From Mobula hypostoma (Eukaryota): a stretch of 64,000 nt of DNA. Numbering within the stretch: the stretch's first letter is position 1; every line of letters starts with the position of its first letter. Location of the stretch: contig NC_086097.1 in the NCBI RefSeq assembly GCF_963921235.1, positions 70,992,001-71,056,000 on the forward strand, read 5' to 3'. Shown here in pieces: positions 15,001 through 30,000 of the stretch. A program made the translations under genes and the position numbers. Under the pieces are notes generated by a model. It was not told the DNA's origin. It did not search any database and worked only from the letters and a program-made list of their open reading frames with translations.

Positions 15001-18000
15001 GTGCCCTGCAACCCAGCACAGATTACAGCGTTCCACCGCGTCTCTGTGCCCTCCAACCCAGCACGGATTACAGCGTTCCACCGCGTCTCTGTGCCCTCCA
15101 ACGCAGCACAGATTACAGCGTTCCACCGCGTCTCTGTGCCCTCCAACCCAGCACGGATTACAGCGTTCTACCGTGTGTCTGTGCCCTCCAACCCAGCACG
15201 GATTTCACCATGCCACCGCGTCTCTGTGCCCTCCAACCCAGCACGGATTACAGCGTGTCACCGCGTCACTGTGCCCTCCAACCCAGCACGGATAACAGCG
15301 TGTCACTGCGTCTCTGTTCTCTCCAAACCAGCACGGATTACACCGTTCCACCTCGTCTCTGTTCTCTCCAGCCCAGCGCGGATTACAGCGTTCCACCGCG
15401 TCTCTGTTCCCTCCAACCCAGCGCGGATTACACTGTGCCACCGCGTCTCTGTGCCCTCCAACCCGGCACAGATTTCACCGTGCCACCGCGTCTCTGTGCC
15501 CTCCAACCCAGCACAGATTACAGCGTTCCACCGCGTCTCTGTGCCCTCCAACCCAGCACGGATTACACTGTGCCACCGCCTCACTGTGCCCTCCAACCCA
15601 GCACAGATTTCACCGTGCCACCGCGTCTCTGTGCCCTCCAACCCAGCACGGATTACAGCGTTCCACCGCGTCTCTGTGCCCTCCAACCCAGCGCGGATTA
15701 CAGCGTTCCACCGTGTCTCTGTTCTCTCCAACCCAGCACGGATTACAGCGTGCCGCCGCGTCTCTGTTCCCTCCAACCCAGCACGGATTACAGCGTGCCA
15801 CCGCGTCTCTGTGCCCTCCAACCCAGCGCGGATTACAGCGTTCCACCGCGTCTCTGTACTCTCCAACCCAGCACGGATTACACCGTGCCACCGCGTCTCT
15901 GTTCCCTCCAACCCAGCACGGATTACAGCGTGCCACCGCGTCTCTGTTCCCTCCAACCCAGCACAGATTACACCGTGCCACTGCGTCACTGTGCCCTCCA
16001 ACCCAGCACGGATTACAACGTGCCACCGCGTCTCTGTTCCCTCCAACCCAGCACGGATTACAGCGTGCCACCGCATCTCTGTGCCGTCCAACCCAGCACG
16101 GATTACACCGTGTCACCGCGTCTCCGTTGCCTCCAACCCAGCACGGATTACAGCGTGCCACCGCGTCTCTGTTCTCTCCAACCCAGCACGGATTACACCG
16201 TGTCACTGCGTCTCCGTTGTCTCAAACCCAGCACGGATTACAGCGTGCCGCCGCGTCTCTATTCTGTCCATCCCAGCACGGATTACACCGTGGCACCGCG
16301 TCTCTGTTCTCTCCAACCCAGCACAGATTAAAGCGTGCCACCGCGTCACTGTTCCCTCCAACCCAACACGGATTACAGCGTGCCACCGCGTCTCTGTTCC
16401 CTCCAACCCAGCGTGGATTACAGCGTGCCACCGCATCGCTGTGCCGTCCAACACAGCACGGATTACACCGTTCCACCTCGTCTCTGTTCTCTTCGAACCA
16501 GCGCATATTACACCGTGCCACCGCGTCCCTGTTCCCTCCAATCCAGCACGGATTACACCGTGCCACCGCGTCTCTGTTCCCTCCAATCCAGCACGGATTA
16601 CAGCGTCCCACCGCGTCTCTGTTCCCTCCAACCCAACGCGGATTACAGCGTGCCACCGCGTCTCTGTTCCTTCCAACCCAGCGCGGATTTCAGCGTTCCA
16701 CCGCGTCACTGTGCCCTCCAACCCAGCACGGATTACAGCGTTCCACCGCGTCTCTGTTCCCTCCAACCCAGCGCGGATTACACCGTGCCACGGCGTCTCT
16801 GTTCCCTCCAACACAGCGCGGATTACACCGTGCCACCACGTCCCTCTGCCCTCCAACCCAGCACGGATTACAGCGTGCCACCGCGTCACTCTCCGTCCAA
16901 ACCAGCACGGATTACACCGTGCCGCCGCGTCTCTGTTCTCTCCAACCCAGCACGGATTACACCGTGCCACCGCGTCTCTGTTCTCTCCAACCCAGCACGG
17001 ATTACACCGTCCCGCCGCGTCTCTGTTCTCTCCAGCCCAGCACGGATTACACCGTCCCGCCGCGTCACTATTCCCTCCAAACCAGCACGGATTACACCGT
17101 GCCACCGCGTCACTGTGCCCTCCAACCCAGCACGGATTACAGTGTTCCACCGCGTCTCTGTGCCCTCCAACCCAGCACGGATTACAGCTTGCCACCGCGT
17201 CTCTGTGTCCTCCAACCCAGCACGGATTACACCGTGCCACCGCGTCGCTGTTCTCTCCAACCCAGCACGGATTACAACGTGCCACCGCGTCTCTGTTCCC
17301 TCCAACCCAGTGCGGATTACAGCGTGCCACCGCGTCGCTGTTCTCTCCAACCCAACACGGATTACAGCGTGCCACCGCGTCTCTGTTCCCTCCAACCCAG
17401 TGCGGATTACAGCGTGCCACCGCGTTCCTGTGCCCTCCAACCCAGTGCGGATTACACCGTGCCACCGCCTCACTGTTCTCTCCAACCCAGCATGGATTAC
17501 AGCGTGCCGCCGCGTCTCTGTTCTCTCCAACCCAGCGCAGATTACACCGTTCCACCGCGTCACTGTTCCCTCTAACCCAGCGCGGATTACACCGTCCCAC
17601 CGCGACTCTGTTCTCTCCAACCCAGCACGGATTACAGAGTGCCGCCGCGTCTCTGTTCTCTCCAACCCAGCACGGATTACACCGTCCCGCCGCGTCTCTG
17701 TTCTCTCCAACCCAGCACGGATTACACCGTGGCATCGCGTCTCTGTTCTCTCCAACCCAGCACGGATTACAGCGTGCCACCGCGTCTCTGTGCCCTCCAA
17801 CCCAGCACGGATGACACCGTCCCGCCGCGTCTCCGGTCTCTCCATCCCAGCACGGATTACAGCGTTCCACGGCGTCTCTGTGCCCTCCAACCCAGCACGG
17901 ATTACAGCTTGCCACCGCGTCTCTGTGCCCTCCAACCCAGCACGGATTACAGCGTGCCACCGCGTCTCTGTGCCCTCCAACCCAGCACGGATGACACCGT

Positions 18001-21000
18001 CCCGCCGCGTCTCCGGTCTCTCCAACCCAGCACGGATTACAGCGTTCCACCGCGTCTCTGTGCCCTCCAACCCAGCACGGATTACAGCTTGCCACCGCGT
18101 CTCTGTGCCCTCCAACCCAGCACGGATTACAGCGTTCCACCGCGTCTCTGTGCCCTCCAACCCAGCACGGATTACACCGTGCCACCGCGTCGCTGTTCTC
18201 TCCAACCCAGCCCGGATTACAGCATGCCACCGCGTCTCTATTCTCTCCAACCCAGCACGGATTACAGCATGCCACCGCGTTCCTGTGCCCTCCAACCCAG
18301 TGCGGATTACAGCGTTCCACCGCGTCACTGTTCCCTCCAACCCAGCACGGATTACACCGTGCCACCGCCTCACTGTTCTCTCCAACCCAGCATGGATTAC
18401 AGCGTGCCGCCGCGTCTCTGTTCTCTCCAACCCAGCGCAGATTACACCGTTCCACCGCGTCACTGTTCCCTCTAACCCAGCGCGGATTACACCGTCCCAC
18501 CGCGACTCTGTTCTCTCCAACCCAGCACGGATTACACAGTGCCGCCGCGTCTCTGTTCTCTCCAACCCAGCACGGATTACACCGTCCCGCCGCGTCTCTG
18601 TTCTCTCCAACCCAGCACGGATTACACCGTCCCGCCGCGTCACTATTCCCTCCAAACCAGCACGGATTACACCGTGCCACCGCGTCACTGTGCCCTCCAA
18701 CCCAGCACGGATTACAGTGTTCCACCGCGTCTCTGTGCCCTCCAACCCAGCACGGATTACAGCTTGCCACCGCGTCTCTGTGCCCTCCAACCCAGCACGG
18801 ATTACAGCGTTCCACCGCGTCTCTGTGTCCTCCAACCCAGCACGGATTACACCGTGCCACCGCGTCGCTGTTCTCTCCAACCCAGCACGGATTACAACGT
18901 GCCACTGCGTCTCTGTTCCCTCCAACCCAGCACGGATTTCACCATGCCACCGCGTCTCTGTGCCCTCCAACCCAGCACGGATTACAGCGTGTCACCGCGT
19001 CACTGTGCCCTCCAACCCAGCACGGATAACAGCGTGTCACTGCGTCTCTGTTCTCTCCAAACCAGCACGGATTACACCGTTCCACCTCGTCTCTGTTCTC
19101 TCCAGCCCAGCGCGGATTACAGCGTTCCACCGCGTCTCTGTTCCCTCCAACCCAGCGCGGATTACACTGTGCCACCGCGTCTCTGTGCCCTCCAACCCGG
19201 CACAGATTTCACCGTGCCACCGCGTCTCTGTGCCCTCCAACCCAGCACAGATTACAGCGTTCCACCGCGTCTCTGTGCCCTCCAACCCAGCACGGATTAC
19301 ACTGTGCCACCGCCTCACTGTGCCCTCCAACCCAGCACAGATTTCACCGTGCCACCGCGTCTCTGTGCCCTCCAACCCAGCACGGATTACAGCGTTCCAC
19401 CGCGTCTCTGTGCCCTCCAACCCAGCGCGGATTACAGCGTTCCACCGTGTCTCTGTTCTCTCCAACCCAGCACGGATTACAGCGTGCCGCCGCGTCTCTG
19501 TTCCCTCCAACCCAGCACGGATTACAGCGTGCCACCGCGTCTCTGTGCCCTCCAACCCAGCGCGGATTACAGCGTTCCACCGCGTCTCTGTACTCTCCAA
19601 CCCAGCACGGATTACACCGTGCCACCGCGTCTCTGTTCCCTCCAACCCAGCGCGGATTACAGCGTGCCACCGCGTCTCTGTTCCCTCCAACCCAGCACAG
19701 ATTACACCGTGCCACTGCGTCACTGTGCCCTCCAACCCAGCACGGATTACAACGTGCCACCGCGTCTCTGTTCCCTCCAACCCAGCACGGATTACAGCGT
19801 GCCACCGCATCTCTGTGCCGTCCAACCCAGCACGGATTACACCGTGTCACCGCGTCTCCGTTGCCTCCAACCCAGCACGGATTACACCGTTCCACCTCGT
19901 CTCTGTTCTCTTCGAACCAGCGCATATTACACCGTGCCACCGCGTCCCTGTTCCCTCCAATCCAGCACGGATTACACCGTGCCACCGCGTCTCTGTTCCC
20001 TCCAATCCAGCACGGATTACAGCGTCCCACCGCGTCTCTGTTCCCTCCAACCCAACGCGGATTACAGCGTGCCACCGCGTCTCTGTTCCTTCCAACCCAG
20101 CGCGGATTTCAGCGTTCCACCGCGTTACTGTGCCCTCCAACCCAGCACGGATTACAGCGTTCCACCGCGTCTCTGTTCCCTCCAACCCAGCGCGGATTAC
20201 ACCGTGCCACGGCGTCTCTGTTCCCTCCAACACAGCGCGGATTACACCGTGCCACCACGTCCCTCTGCCCTCCAACCCAGCACGGATTACAGCGTGCCAC
20301 CGCGTCACTCTCCGTCCAAACCAGCACGGATTACACCGTGCCGCCGCGTCTCTGTTCTCTCCAACCCAGCACGGATTACACCGTGCCACCGCGTCTCTGT
20401 TCTCTCCAACCCAGCACGGATTACACCGTCCCGCTGCGTCTCTGTTCTCTCCAACCCAGCACGGATTACACCGTCCCGCCGCGTCACTATTCCCTCCAAA
20501 CCAGCACGGATTACACCGTGCCACCGCGTCACTGTGCCCTCCAACCCAGCACGGATTACAGTGTTCCACCGCGTCTCTGTGCCCTCCAACCCAGCACGGA
20601 TTACAGCTTGCCACCGCGTCTCTGTGCCCTCCAACCCAGCACGGATTACAGCGTTCCACCGCGTCTCTGTGTCCTCCAACCCAGCACGGATTACACCGTG
20701 CCACCGCGTCGCTGTTCTCTCCAACCCAGCACGGATTACAACGTGCCACCGCGTCTCTGTTCCCTCCAACCCAGTGCGGATTACAGCGTGCCACCGCGTC
20801 GCTGTTCTCTCCAACCCAGCACGGATTACAGCGTGCCACCGCGTCTCTGTTCCCTCCAACCCAGTGCGGATTACAGCGTGCCACCGCGTTCCTGTGCCCT
20901 CCAACCCAGTGCGGATTACACCGTGCCACCGCCTCACTGTTCTCTCCAACCCAGCATGGATTACAGCGTGCCGCCGCGTCTCTGTTCTCTCCAACCCAGC

Positions 21001-24000
21001 GCAGATTACACCGTTCCACCGCGTCACTGTTCCCTCTAACCCAGCGCGGATTACACCGTCCCACCGCGACTCTGTTCTCTCCAACCCAGCACGGATTACA
21101 CCGTCCCGCCGCGTCTCTGTTCTCTCCAACCCAGCACGGATTACACCGTGGCATCGCGTCTCTGTTCTCTCCAACCCAGCATGGATTACAGCGTGCCACC
21201 GCGTCTCTGTGCCCTCCAACCCAGCACGGATGACACCGTCCCGCCGCGTCTCCGGTCTCTCCATCCCAGCACGGATTACAGCGTTCCACCGCGTCTCTGT
21301 GCCCTCCAACCCAGCACGGATTACAGCTTGCCACCGCGTCTCTGTGCCCTCCAACCCAGCACGGATTACAGCGTGCCACCGCGTCTCTGTGCCCTCCAAC
21401 CCAGCACGGATGACACCGTCCCGCCGCGTCTCCGGTCTCTCCAACCCAGCACGGATTACAGCGTTCCACCGCGTCTCTGTGCCCTCCAACCCAGCACGGA
21501 TTACAGCTTGCCACCGCGTCTCTGTGCCCTCCAACCCAGCACGGATTACAGCGTTCCACCGCGTCTCTGTGCCCTCCAACCCAGCACGGATTACACCGTG
21601 CCACCGCGTCGCTGTTCTCTCCAACCCAGCCCGGATTACAGCATGCCACCGCGTCTCTATTCTCTCCAACCCAGCACGGATTACAGCATGCCACCGCGTT
21701 CCTGTGCCCTCCAACCCAGTGCGGATTACAGCGTTCCACCGCGTCACTGTTCCCTCCAACCCAGCACGGATTACACCGTGCCACCGCCTCACTGTTCTCT
21801 CCAACCCAGCATGGATTACAGCGTGCCGCCGCGTCTCTGTTCTCTCCAACCCAGCGCAGATTACACCGTTCCACCGCGTCACTGTTCCCTCTAACCCAGC
21901 GCGGATTACACCGTCCCACCGCGACTCTGTTCTCTCCAACCCAGCACGGATTACACAGTGCCGCCGCGTCTCTGTTCTCTCCAACCCAGCACGGATTACA
22001 CCGTCCCGCCGCGTCTCTGTTCTCTCCAACCCAGCACGGATTACACCGTCCCGCCGCGTCACTATTCCCTCCAAACCAGCACGGATTACACCGTGCCACC
22101 GCGTCACTGTGCCCTCCAACCCAGCACGGATTACAGTGTTCCACCGCGTCTCTGTGCCCTCCAACCCAGCACGGATTACAGCTTGCCACCGCGTCTCTGT
22201 GCCCTCCAACCCAGCATGGATTACAGCGTTCCACCGCGTCTCTGTGTCCTCCAACCCAGCACGGATTACACCGTGCCACCGCGTCGCTGTTCTCTCCAAC
22301 CCAGCACGGATTACAACGTGCCACCGCGTCTCTGTTCCCTCCAACCCAGTGCGGATTACAGCGTGCCACCGCGTCGCTGTTCTCTCCAACCCAGCACGGA
22401 TTACAGCGTGCCACCGCGTCTCTGTTCCCTCCAACCCAGTGCGGATTACAGCGTGCCACCGCGTTCCTGTGCCCTCCAACCCAGTGCGGATTACACCGTG
22501 CCACCGCCTCACTGTTCTCTCCAACCCAGCATGGATTACAGCGTGCCGCCGCGTCTCTGTTCTCTCCAACCCAGCGCAGATTACACCGTTCCACCGCGTC
22601 ACTGTTCCCTCTAACCCAGCGCGGATTACACCGTCGCACCGCGACTCTGTTCTCTCCAACCCAGCACGGATTACACAGTGCCGCCGCGTCTCTGTTCTCT
22701 CCAACCCAGCACGGATTACACCGTCCCGCCGCGTCTCTGTTCTCTCCAACCCAGCACGGATTACACCGTGGCATCGCGTCTCTGTTCTCTCCAACCCAGC
22801 ACGGATTACAGCGTGCCACCGCGTCTCTGTGCCCTCCAACCCAGCACGGATGACACCGTCCCGCCGCGTCTCCGGTCTCTCCATCCCAGCACGGATTACA
22901 GCGTTCCACCGCGTCTCTGTGCCCTCCAACCCAGCACGGATTACAGCTTGCCACCACGTCTCTGTGCCCTCCAACCCAGCACGGATTACAGCGTGCCACC
23001 GCGTCTCTGTGCCCTCCAACCCGGCACGGATGACACCGTCCCGCCGCGTCTCCGGTCTCTCCAACCCAGCACGGATTACAGCGTTCCACCGCGTCTCTGT
23101 GCCCTCCAACCCAGCACGGATTACAGCTTGCCACCGCGTCTCTGTGCCCTCCAACCCAGCACGGATTACAGCGTTCCACCGCGTCTCTGTGCCCTCCAAC
23201 CCAGCACGGATTACACCGTGCCACCGCGTCGCTGTTCTCTCCAACCCAGCCCGGATTACAGCATGCCACCGCGTCTCTATTCTCTCCAACCCAGCACGGA
23301 TTACAGCATGCCACCGAGTTCCTGTGCCCTCCAACCCAGTGCGGATTACAGCGTTCCACCGCGTCACTGTTCCCTCCAACCCAGCACGGATTACACCGTG
23401 CCACCGCCTCACTGTTCTCTCCAACCCAGCATGGATTACAGCGTGCCGCCGCGTCTCTGTTCTCTCCAACCCAGCGCAGATTACACCGTTCCACCGCGTC
23501 ACTGTTCCCTCTAACCCAGCGCGGATTACACCGTCCCACCGCGACTCTGTTCTCTCCAACCCAGCACGGATTACACAGTGCCGCCGCGTCTCTGTTCTCT
23601 CCAACCCAGCACGGATTACAGCGTTCCACCGCGTCTCTGTGCCCTCCAACCCAGCACAGATTACAGCGTGCCACGGCGTCTCTGTTCCCTCCAACCCAGC
23701 GCGGATTACAGCGTGCCACCGTGTCTCTGTGCCGTCCAACCCAGCACGGATTACACCGTTCCACCTCGTCTCTGTTCTCTCTAAACCAGCATGGATTACA
23801 CCGTGCCACCGCGTCTCTGTTCCCTCCAACCCAGTGCGGATTACAGCGTTCCACCGCGTCTCTGTGCCCTCCAACCCAGCACAGATTACAGCGTGCCACT
23901 GCGTCTCTGTTCCCTCCAACCCAGCACGGATTACAGCGTGCCACCGCGTCTCTGTGCCGTCCAACCCAGCACGGATTACACCGTTCCACCTCGTCTCTGT

Positions 24001-27000
24001 TCTCTCTAAACCAGCATGGATTACACCGTCCCACCACGTCACTGTTCCCTCCAACCCAGTGCGGATTACACCGTGCCACCGCGTCTCTGTTCCCTCCAAT
24101 CCAGCACGGATTACAGCGTGCCGCCGCGTCTCTGTTCCCTCCAACCCAGTGTGGATTACAGCGTTCCACCGTGTATCTGTTCTCTCCAACCCAGCGTGGA
24201 TTACACCGTGCCACTGCCTCACTGTTCTCTCCAACCCAGCACGGATTACAGCGTTCCACCGCGTCACTGTGCCCTCCAACCCAACACGGATTACAGCGTG
24301 CCACCGCGTCTCTGTTCCCTCCAACCCAGTGCGGATTACAGCGTTCCACCGCGTCACTGTTCCCTCCAACCCAGTGCGGATTACAGCGTGCCACCGCGTC
24401 CCTGTTCCCTCCAACCCAGTGCGGATTACACCGTGCCACCGCGTCTCTGTTTTCTCCAACCCAGCGCAGATTACACCGTTCCACCGCGTCACTGTTCCCT
24501 CTAACCCAGCGCGGATTACACCGTGCCACCGTGTCTCTGTTCTCTCCAACCCAGCATGGATTACACCGTCCCACCGCGACTCTGTTCTCTCCAACCCAGC
24601 ACGGATTACACCGTGCCGCCGCGTCTCTGTTCCCTCCAACCCAGCACGGATTACACCGTGCCGCCGCGTCTCTGTGCCCTCCAACCCAGCACGGATGACA
24701 CCGTCCCGCCGCGTCTCCGGTCTCTCCAAACCAGCACGGATTAAACCGTGCCACCGCGTCACTGTGCCCTCCAACCCAGCACGGATTACACTGTTCCACC
24801 GCGTCTCTGTGCCCTCCAACCCAGCACGGATTACAGTGTTCCACCGCGTCTCTGTGCCCTCCAACCCAGCACAGATTACAGCGTGCCACTGCGTCTCTGT
24901 TCCCTCCAACCCAGCGCGGATTACAGCGTGCCACCGCGTCTCTGTGCCGTCCAACCCAGCACGGATTACACCGTTCCACCTCGTCTCTGTTCTCTCTAAA
25001 CCAGCATGGATTACACCGTGCCACCGCGTCTCTGTTCCCTCCAACCCAGCCCGTATTACACTGTGCCGCCGCGTCTCTGTTCCCTCCAACCCAGCGTGGA
25101 TTACAGCGTACCACCGCGTCTCTGTTCCCTCCAACCCAGCGTGGATTACAGCGTACCACCGCGTCTCTGTTCCCTCCAACCCAGCATGGATTACACCGTG
25201 CCACCACGTCTCTGTTCCCTCCAACCCAGCACGTATTACACAGTGCCACCGCGTCTCTGTTCTCTCCAACCCAGCACGGATTACAGTGTTCCACCGCCTC
25301 TCTGTGCCCTCCAACCCAGCACGGATTACAGCGTTCCACTGCGTCTCTGTGCCCTCCAACCCAGCACGGATTACAACGTGCCACCGCGTCTCTGTGCCCT
25401 CCAACCCAGCACAGATTTCACCGTGCCATCGCGTCTCCGGTCTCTCCAACCCAGCACGGATTACAACGTGCCACCGCGTCTCTGTGCCCTCCAACCCAGC
25501 ACAGATTACAGCGTTCCACCGCGTCTCTGTGCCCTCCAACCCAGCGCGGATTACACTGTGCCACCGCGTCTCTGTGCCCTCCAACCCAGCACAGATTACA
25601 GCGTTCCACCGCGTCTCTGTGCCCTCCAACCCAGCACGGATTACACTGTGCCACCGCCTCACTGTGCCCTCCAACCCAGCACAGATTTCACCGTGCCACC
25701 GCGTCTCTGTGCCCTCCAACCCAGCACGGATTACAGCGTTCCACCGCGTCTCTGTGCCCTCCAACCCAGCGCGGATTACAGCGTTCCACCGCGTCTCTGT
25801 TCTCTCCAACCCAGCACGGATTACACCGTGCCACCGCGTCTCTGTTCCCTCCAACCCAGCGCGGATTACAGCGTGCCACCGCGTCTCTATGCCGTCGAAC
25901 CCAGCACGGATTACAGCGTTCCACAGCGTCTCTGTTCCCTCCAACCCAGCGCGGATTACACCATGCCACCGCGTCTCTGTTCCCTCCAACCCAGCACGGA
26001 TTACAGCGTGCCACCGCGTCACTCTCCCTCCAAACCAGCACAGATTTCACCGTGCCACCGCGTCTCTGTGCCCTCCAACCCAGCGCGGATTACAGCGTTC
26101 CACCGCGTCTCTGTTCTCTCCAACCCAGCACGGATTACAGCGTGCCACCGCGTCTCTGTGCCCTCCAACCCAGCGCGGATTACAGCGTTCCACCGCGTCT
26201 CTGTTCTCTCCAACCCAGCACGGATTACACCGTGCCACCGCGTCTCTGTTCCTTCCAACCCAGCACGGATTACAGCGTGCCACCGCGTCTCTATGCCGTC
26301 GAACCCAGCACGGATTACAGCGTTCCACAGCGTCTCTGTTCCCTCCAACCCAACGCGGATTACACCGTGCCACCGCGTCTCTGTTCCCTCCAACCCAGCA
26401 CGGATTACAGCGTGCCACCGCGTCACTCTCCCTCCAAACCAGCACGGATTACACCGTGCCACCGCGTCTCTGTTCCCTCCAACCCAGCATGGATTACACC
26501 GTCCCACCGCGACTCTGTTCTATCCAACCCAGCACGGATTACACAGTGCCGCCGCGTCTCTGTTCTCTCCAACCCAGCACGGATTACACCGTCCCGCCGC
26601 GTCTCTGTTCTCTCCAACCCAGCACGGATTACAGCGTGCTACGCGTCACTATTCCCTCCAAACCAGCACGGATTACAGCGTTCCACCGTGTATCTGTTCT
26701 CTCCAACCCAGCGTGGATTACACCGTGCCACTGCCTCACTGTTCTCTCCAACCCAGCACGGATTACAGCGTTCCACCGCGTCACTGTGCCCTCCAACCCA
26801 ACACGGATTACAGCGTGCCACCGCGTCTCTGTTCCCTCCAACCCAGTGCGGATTACAGCGTTCCACCGCGTCACTGTTCCCTCCAACCCAGTGCGGATTA
26901 CAGCGTGCCACCGCGTCCCTGTTCCCTCCAACCCAGTGCGGATTACACCGTGCCACCGCGTCTCTGTTTTCTCCAACCCAGCGCAGATTACACCGTTCCA

Positions 27001-30000
27001 CCGCGTCACTGTTCCCTCTAACCCAGCGCGGATTACACCGTGCCACCGTGTCTCTGTTCTCTCCAACCCAGCATGGATTACACCGTCCCACCGCGACTCT
27101 GTTCTCTCCAACCCAGCACGGATTACACCGTGCCGCCGCGTCTCTGTTCCCTCCAACCCAGCACGGATTACACCGTGCCGCCGCGTCTCTGTGCCCTCCA
27201 ACCCAGCACGGATGACACCGTCCCGCCGCGTCTCCGGTCTCTCCAAACCAGCACGGATTAAACCGTGCCACCGCGTCACTGTGCCCTCCAACCCAGCACG
27301 GATTACACTGTTCCACCGCGTCTCTGTGCCCTCCAACCCAGCACGGATTACAGTGTTCCACCGCGTCTCGGTGCCCTCCAAACCAGCACAGATTACAGCG
27401 TTCCACCGCGTCACTGTGCCCTCCAACCCAGCACGGATTACAGCGTTCCACCGCGTCTCTGTGCCCTCCAACCCAGCACAGATTTCAGCGTGCCACTGCG
27501 TCTCTGTTCCCTCCAACCCAGCGCGGATTACAGCGTGCCACCACGTCTCTGTGCCGTCCAACCCAGCACAGATTACACCGTTCCACCTCGTCTCTGTTCT
27601 CTCTAAACCAGCATGGATTACACCGTGCCACCGCGTGTCTGTTCCCTCCAACCCAGCACGGATTACAGCGTGCCGCCGCGTCTCTGTTCCCTCCAACCCA
27701 GTGCGGATTACAGCGTTCCACCACGTCTCTGTGCCCTCCAACCCAGCACAGATTACAGCGTGCCACTGCGTCTCTGTTCCCTCCAACCCAGCGCGGATTA
27801 CAGCGTGCCACCGCGTCTCTGTTCCCTCCAACCCAGCCCGTATTACACTGTGCCGCCGCGTCTCTGTTCCCTCCAACCCAGCGTGGATTACAGCGTACCA
27901 CCGCGTCTCTGTTCCCTCCAACCCAGCGTGGATTACAGCGTACCACCGCGTCTCTGTTCCCTCCAACCCAGCATGGATTACACCGTGCCACCACGTCTCT
28001 GTTCCCTCCAACCCAGCACGTATTACACAGTGCCACCGCGTCTCTGTTCTCTCCAACCCAGCACGGATTACAGTGTTCCACCGCCTCTCTGTGCCCTCCA
28101 ACCCAGCACGGATTACAGCGTTCCACTGCGTCTCTGTGCCCTCCAACCCAGCACGGATTACACCGTGCCACCGCGTCTCTGTGCCCTCCAACCCAGCACA
28201 GATTTCACCGTGCCATCGCGTCTCCGGTCTCTCCAACCCAGCACGGATTACAACGTGCCACCGCGTCTCTGTGCCCTCCAACCCAGCACAGATTACAGCG
28301 TTCCACCGCGTCTCTGTGCCCTCCAACCCAGCGCGGATTACACTGTGCCACCGCGTCTCTGTGCCCTCCAACCCAGCACAGATTACAGCGTTCCACCGCG
28401 TCTCTGTGCCCTCCAACCCAGCACGGATTACACTGTGCCACCGCCTCACTGTGCCCTCCAACCCAGCACAGATTTCACCGTGCCACCGCGTCTCTGTGCC
28501 CTCCAACCCAGCACGGATTACAGCGTTCCACCGCGTCTCTGTGCCCTCCAACCCAGCGCGGATTACAGCGTTCCACCGCGTCTCTGTTCTCTCCAACCCA
28601 GCACGGATTACACCGTGCCACCGCGTCTCTGTTCCCTCCAACCCAGCGCGGATTACAGCGTGCCACCGCGTCTCTATGCCGTCGAACCCAGCACGGATTA
28701 CAGCGTTCCACAGCGTCTCTGTTCCCTCCAACCCAGCGCGGATTACACCATGCCACCGCGTCTCTGTTCCCTCCAACCCAGCACGGATTACAGCGTGCCA
28801 CCGCGTCACTCTCCCTCCAAACCAGCACAGATTTCACCGTGCCACCGCGTCTCTGTGCCCTCCAACCCAGCGCGGATTACAGCGTTCCACCGCGTCTCTG
28901 TCCTCTCCAACCCAGCACGGATTACACCGTGCCACCGCGTCTCTGTTCCTTCCAACCCAGCACGGATTACAGCGTGCCACCGCGTCTCTATGCCGTCGAA
29001 CCCAGCACGGATTACAGCGTTCCACAGCGTCTCTGTTCCCTCCAACGCAACGCGGATTACACCGTGCCACCGCGTCTCTGTTCCCTCCAACCCAGCACGG
29101 ATTACAGCGTGCCACCGCGTCACTCTCCCTCCAAACCAGCACGGATTACACCGTGCCACCGCGTCTCTGTTCCCTCCAACCCAGCATGGATTACACCGTC
29201 CCACCGCGACTCTGTTCTATCCAACCCAGCACGGATTACACAGTGCCGCCGCGTCTCTGTTCTCTCCAACCCAGCACGGATTACACCGTCCCGCCGCGTC
29301 TCTGTTCTCTCCAACCCAGCACGGATTACAGCGTGCTACGCGTCACTATTCCCTCCAAACCAGCACGGATTACAGCGTTCCACCGTGTATCTGTTCTCTC
29401 CAACCCAGCGTGGATTACACCGTGCCACTGCCTCACTGTTCTCTCCAACCCAGCACGGATTACAGCGTTCCACCGCGTCACTGTGCCCTCCAACCCAACA
29501 CGGATTACAGCGTGCCACCGCGTCTCTGTTCCCTCCAACCCAGTGCGGATTACAGCGTTCCACCGCGTCACTGTTCCCTCCAACCCAGTGCGGATTACAC
29601 CGTGCCACCGCGTCTCTGTTTTCTCCAACCCAGCGCAGATTACACCGATCCACCGCGTCACTGTTCCCTCTAACCCAGCGCGGATTACACCGTGCCACCG
29701 TGTCTCTGTTCTCTCCAACCCAGCATGGATTACACCGTCCCACCGCGACTCTGTTCTCTCCAACCCAGCACGGATTACACCGTGCCGCCGCGTCTCTGTT
29801 CCCTCCAACCCAGCACGGATTACACCGTGCCGCCGCGTCTCTGTGCCCTCCAACCCAGCACGGATGACACCGTCCCGCCGCGTCTCCGGTCTCTCCAAAC
29901 CAGCACGGATTAAACCGTGCCACCGCGTCACTGTGCCCTCCAACCCAGCACGGATTACACTGTTCCACCGCGTCTCTGTGCCCTCCAACCCAGCACGGAT

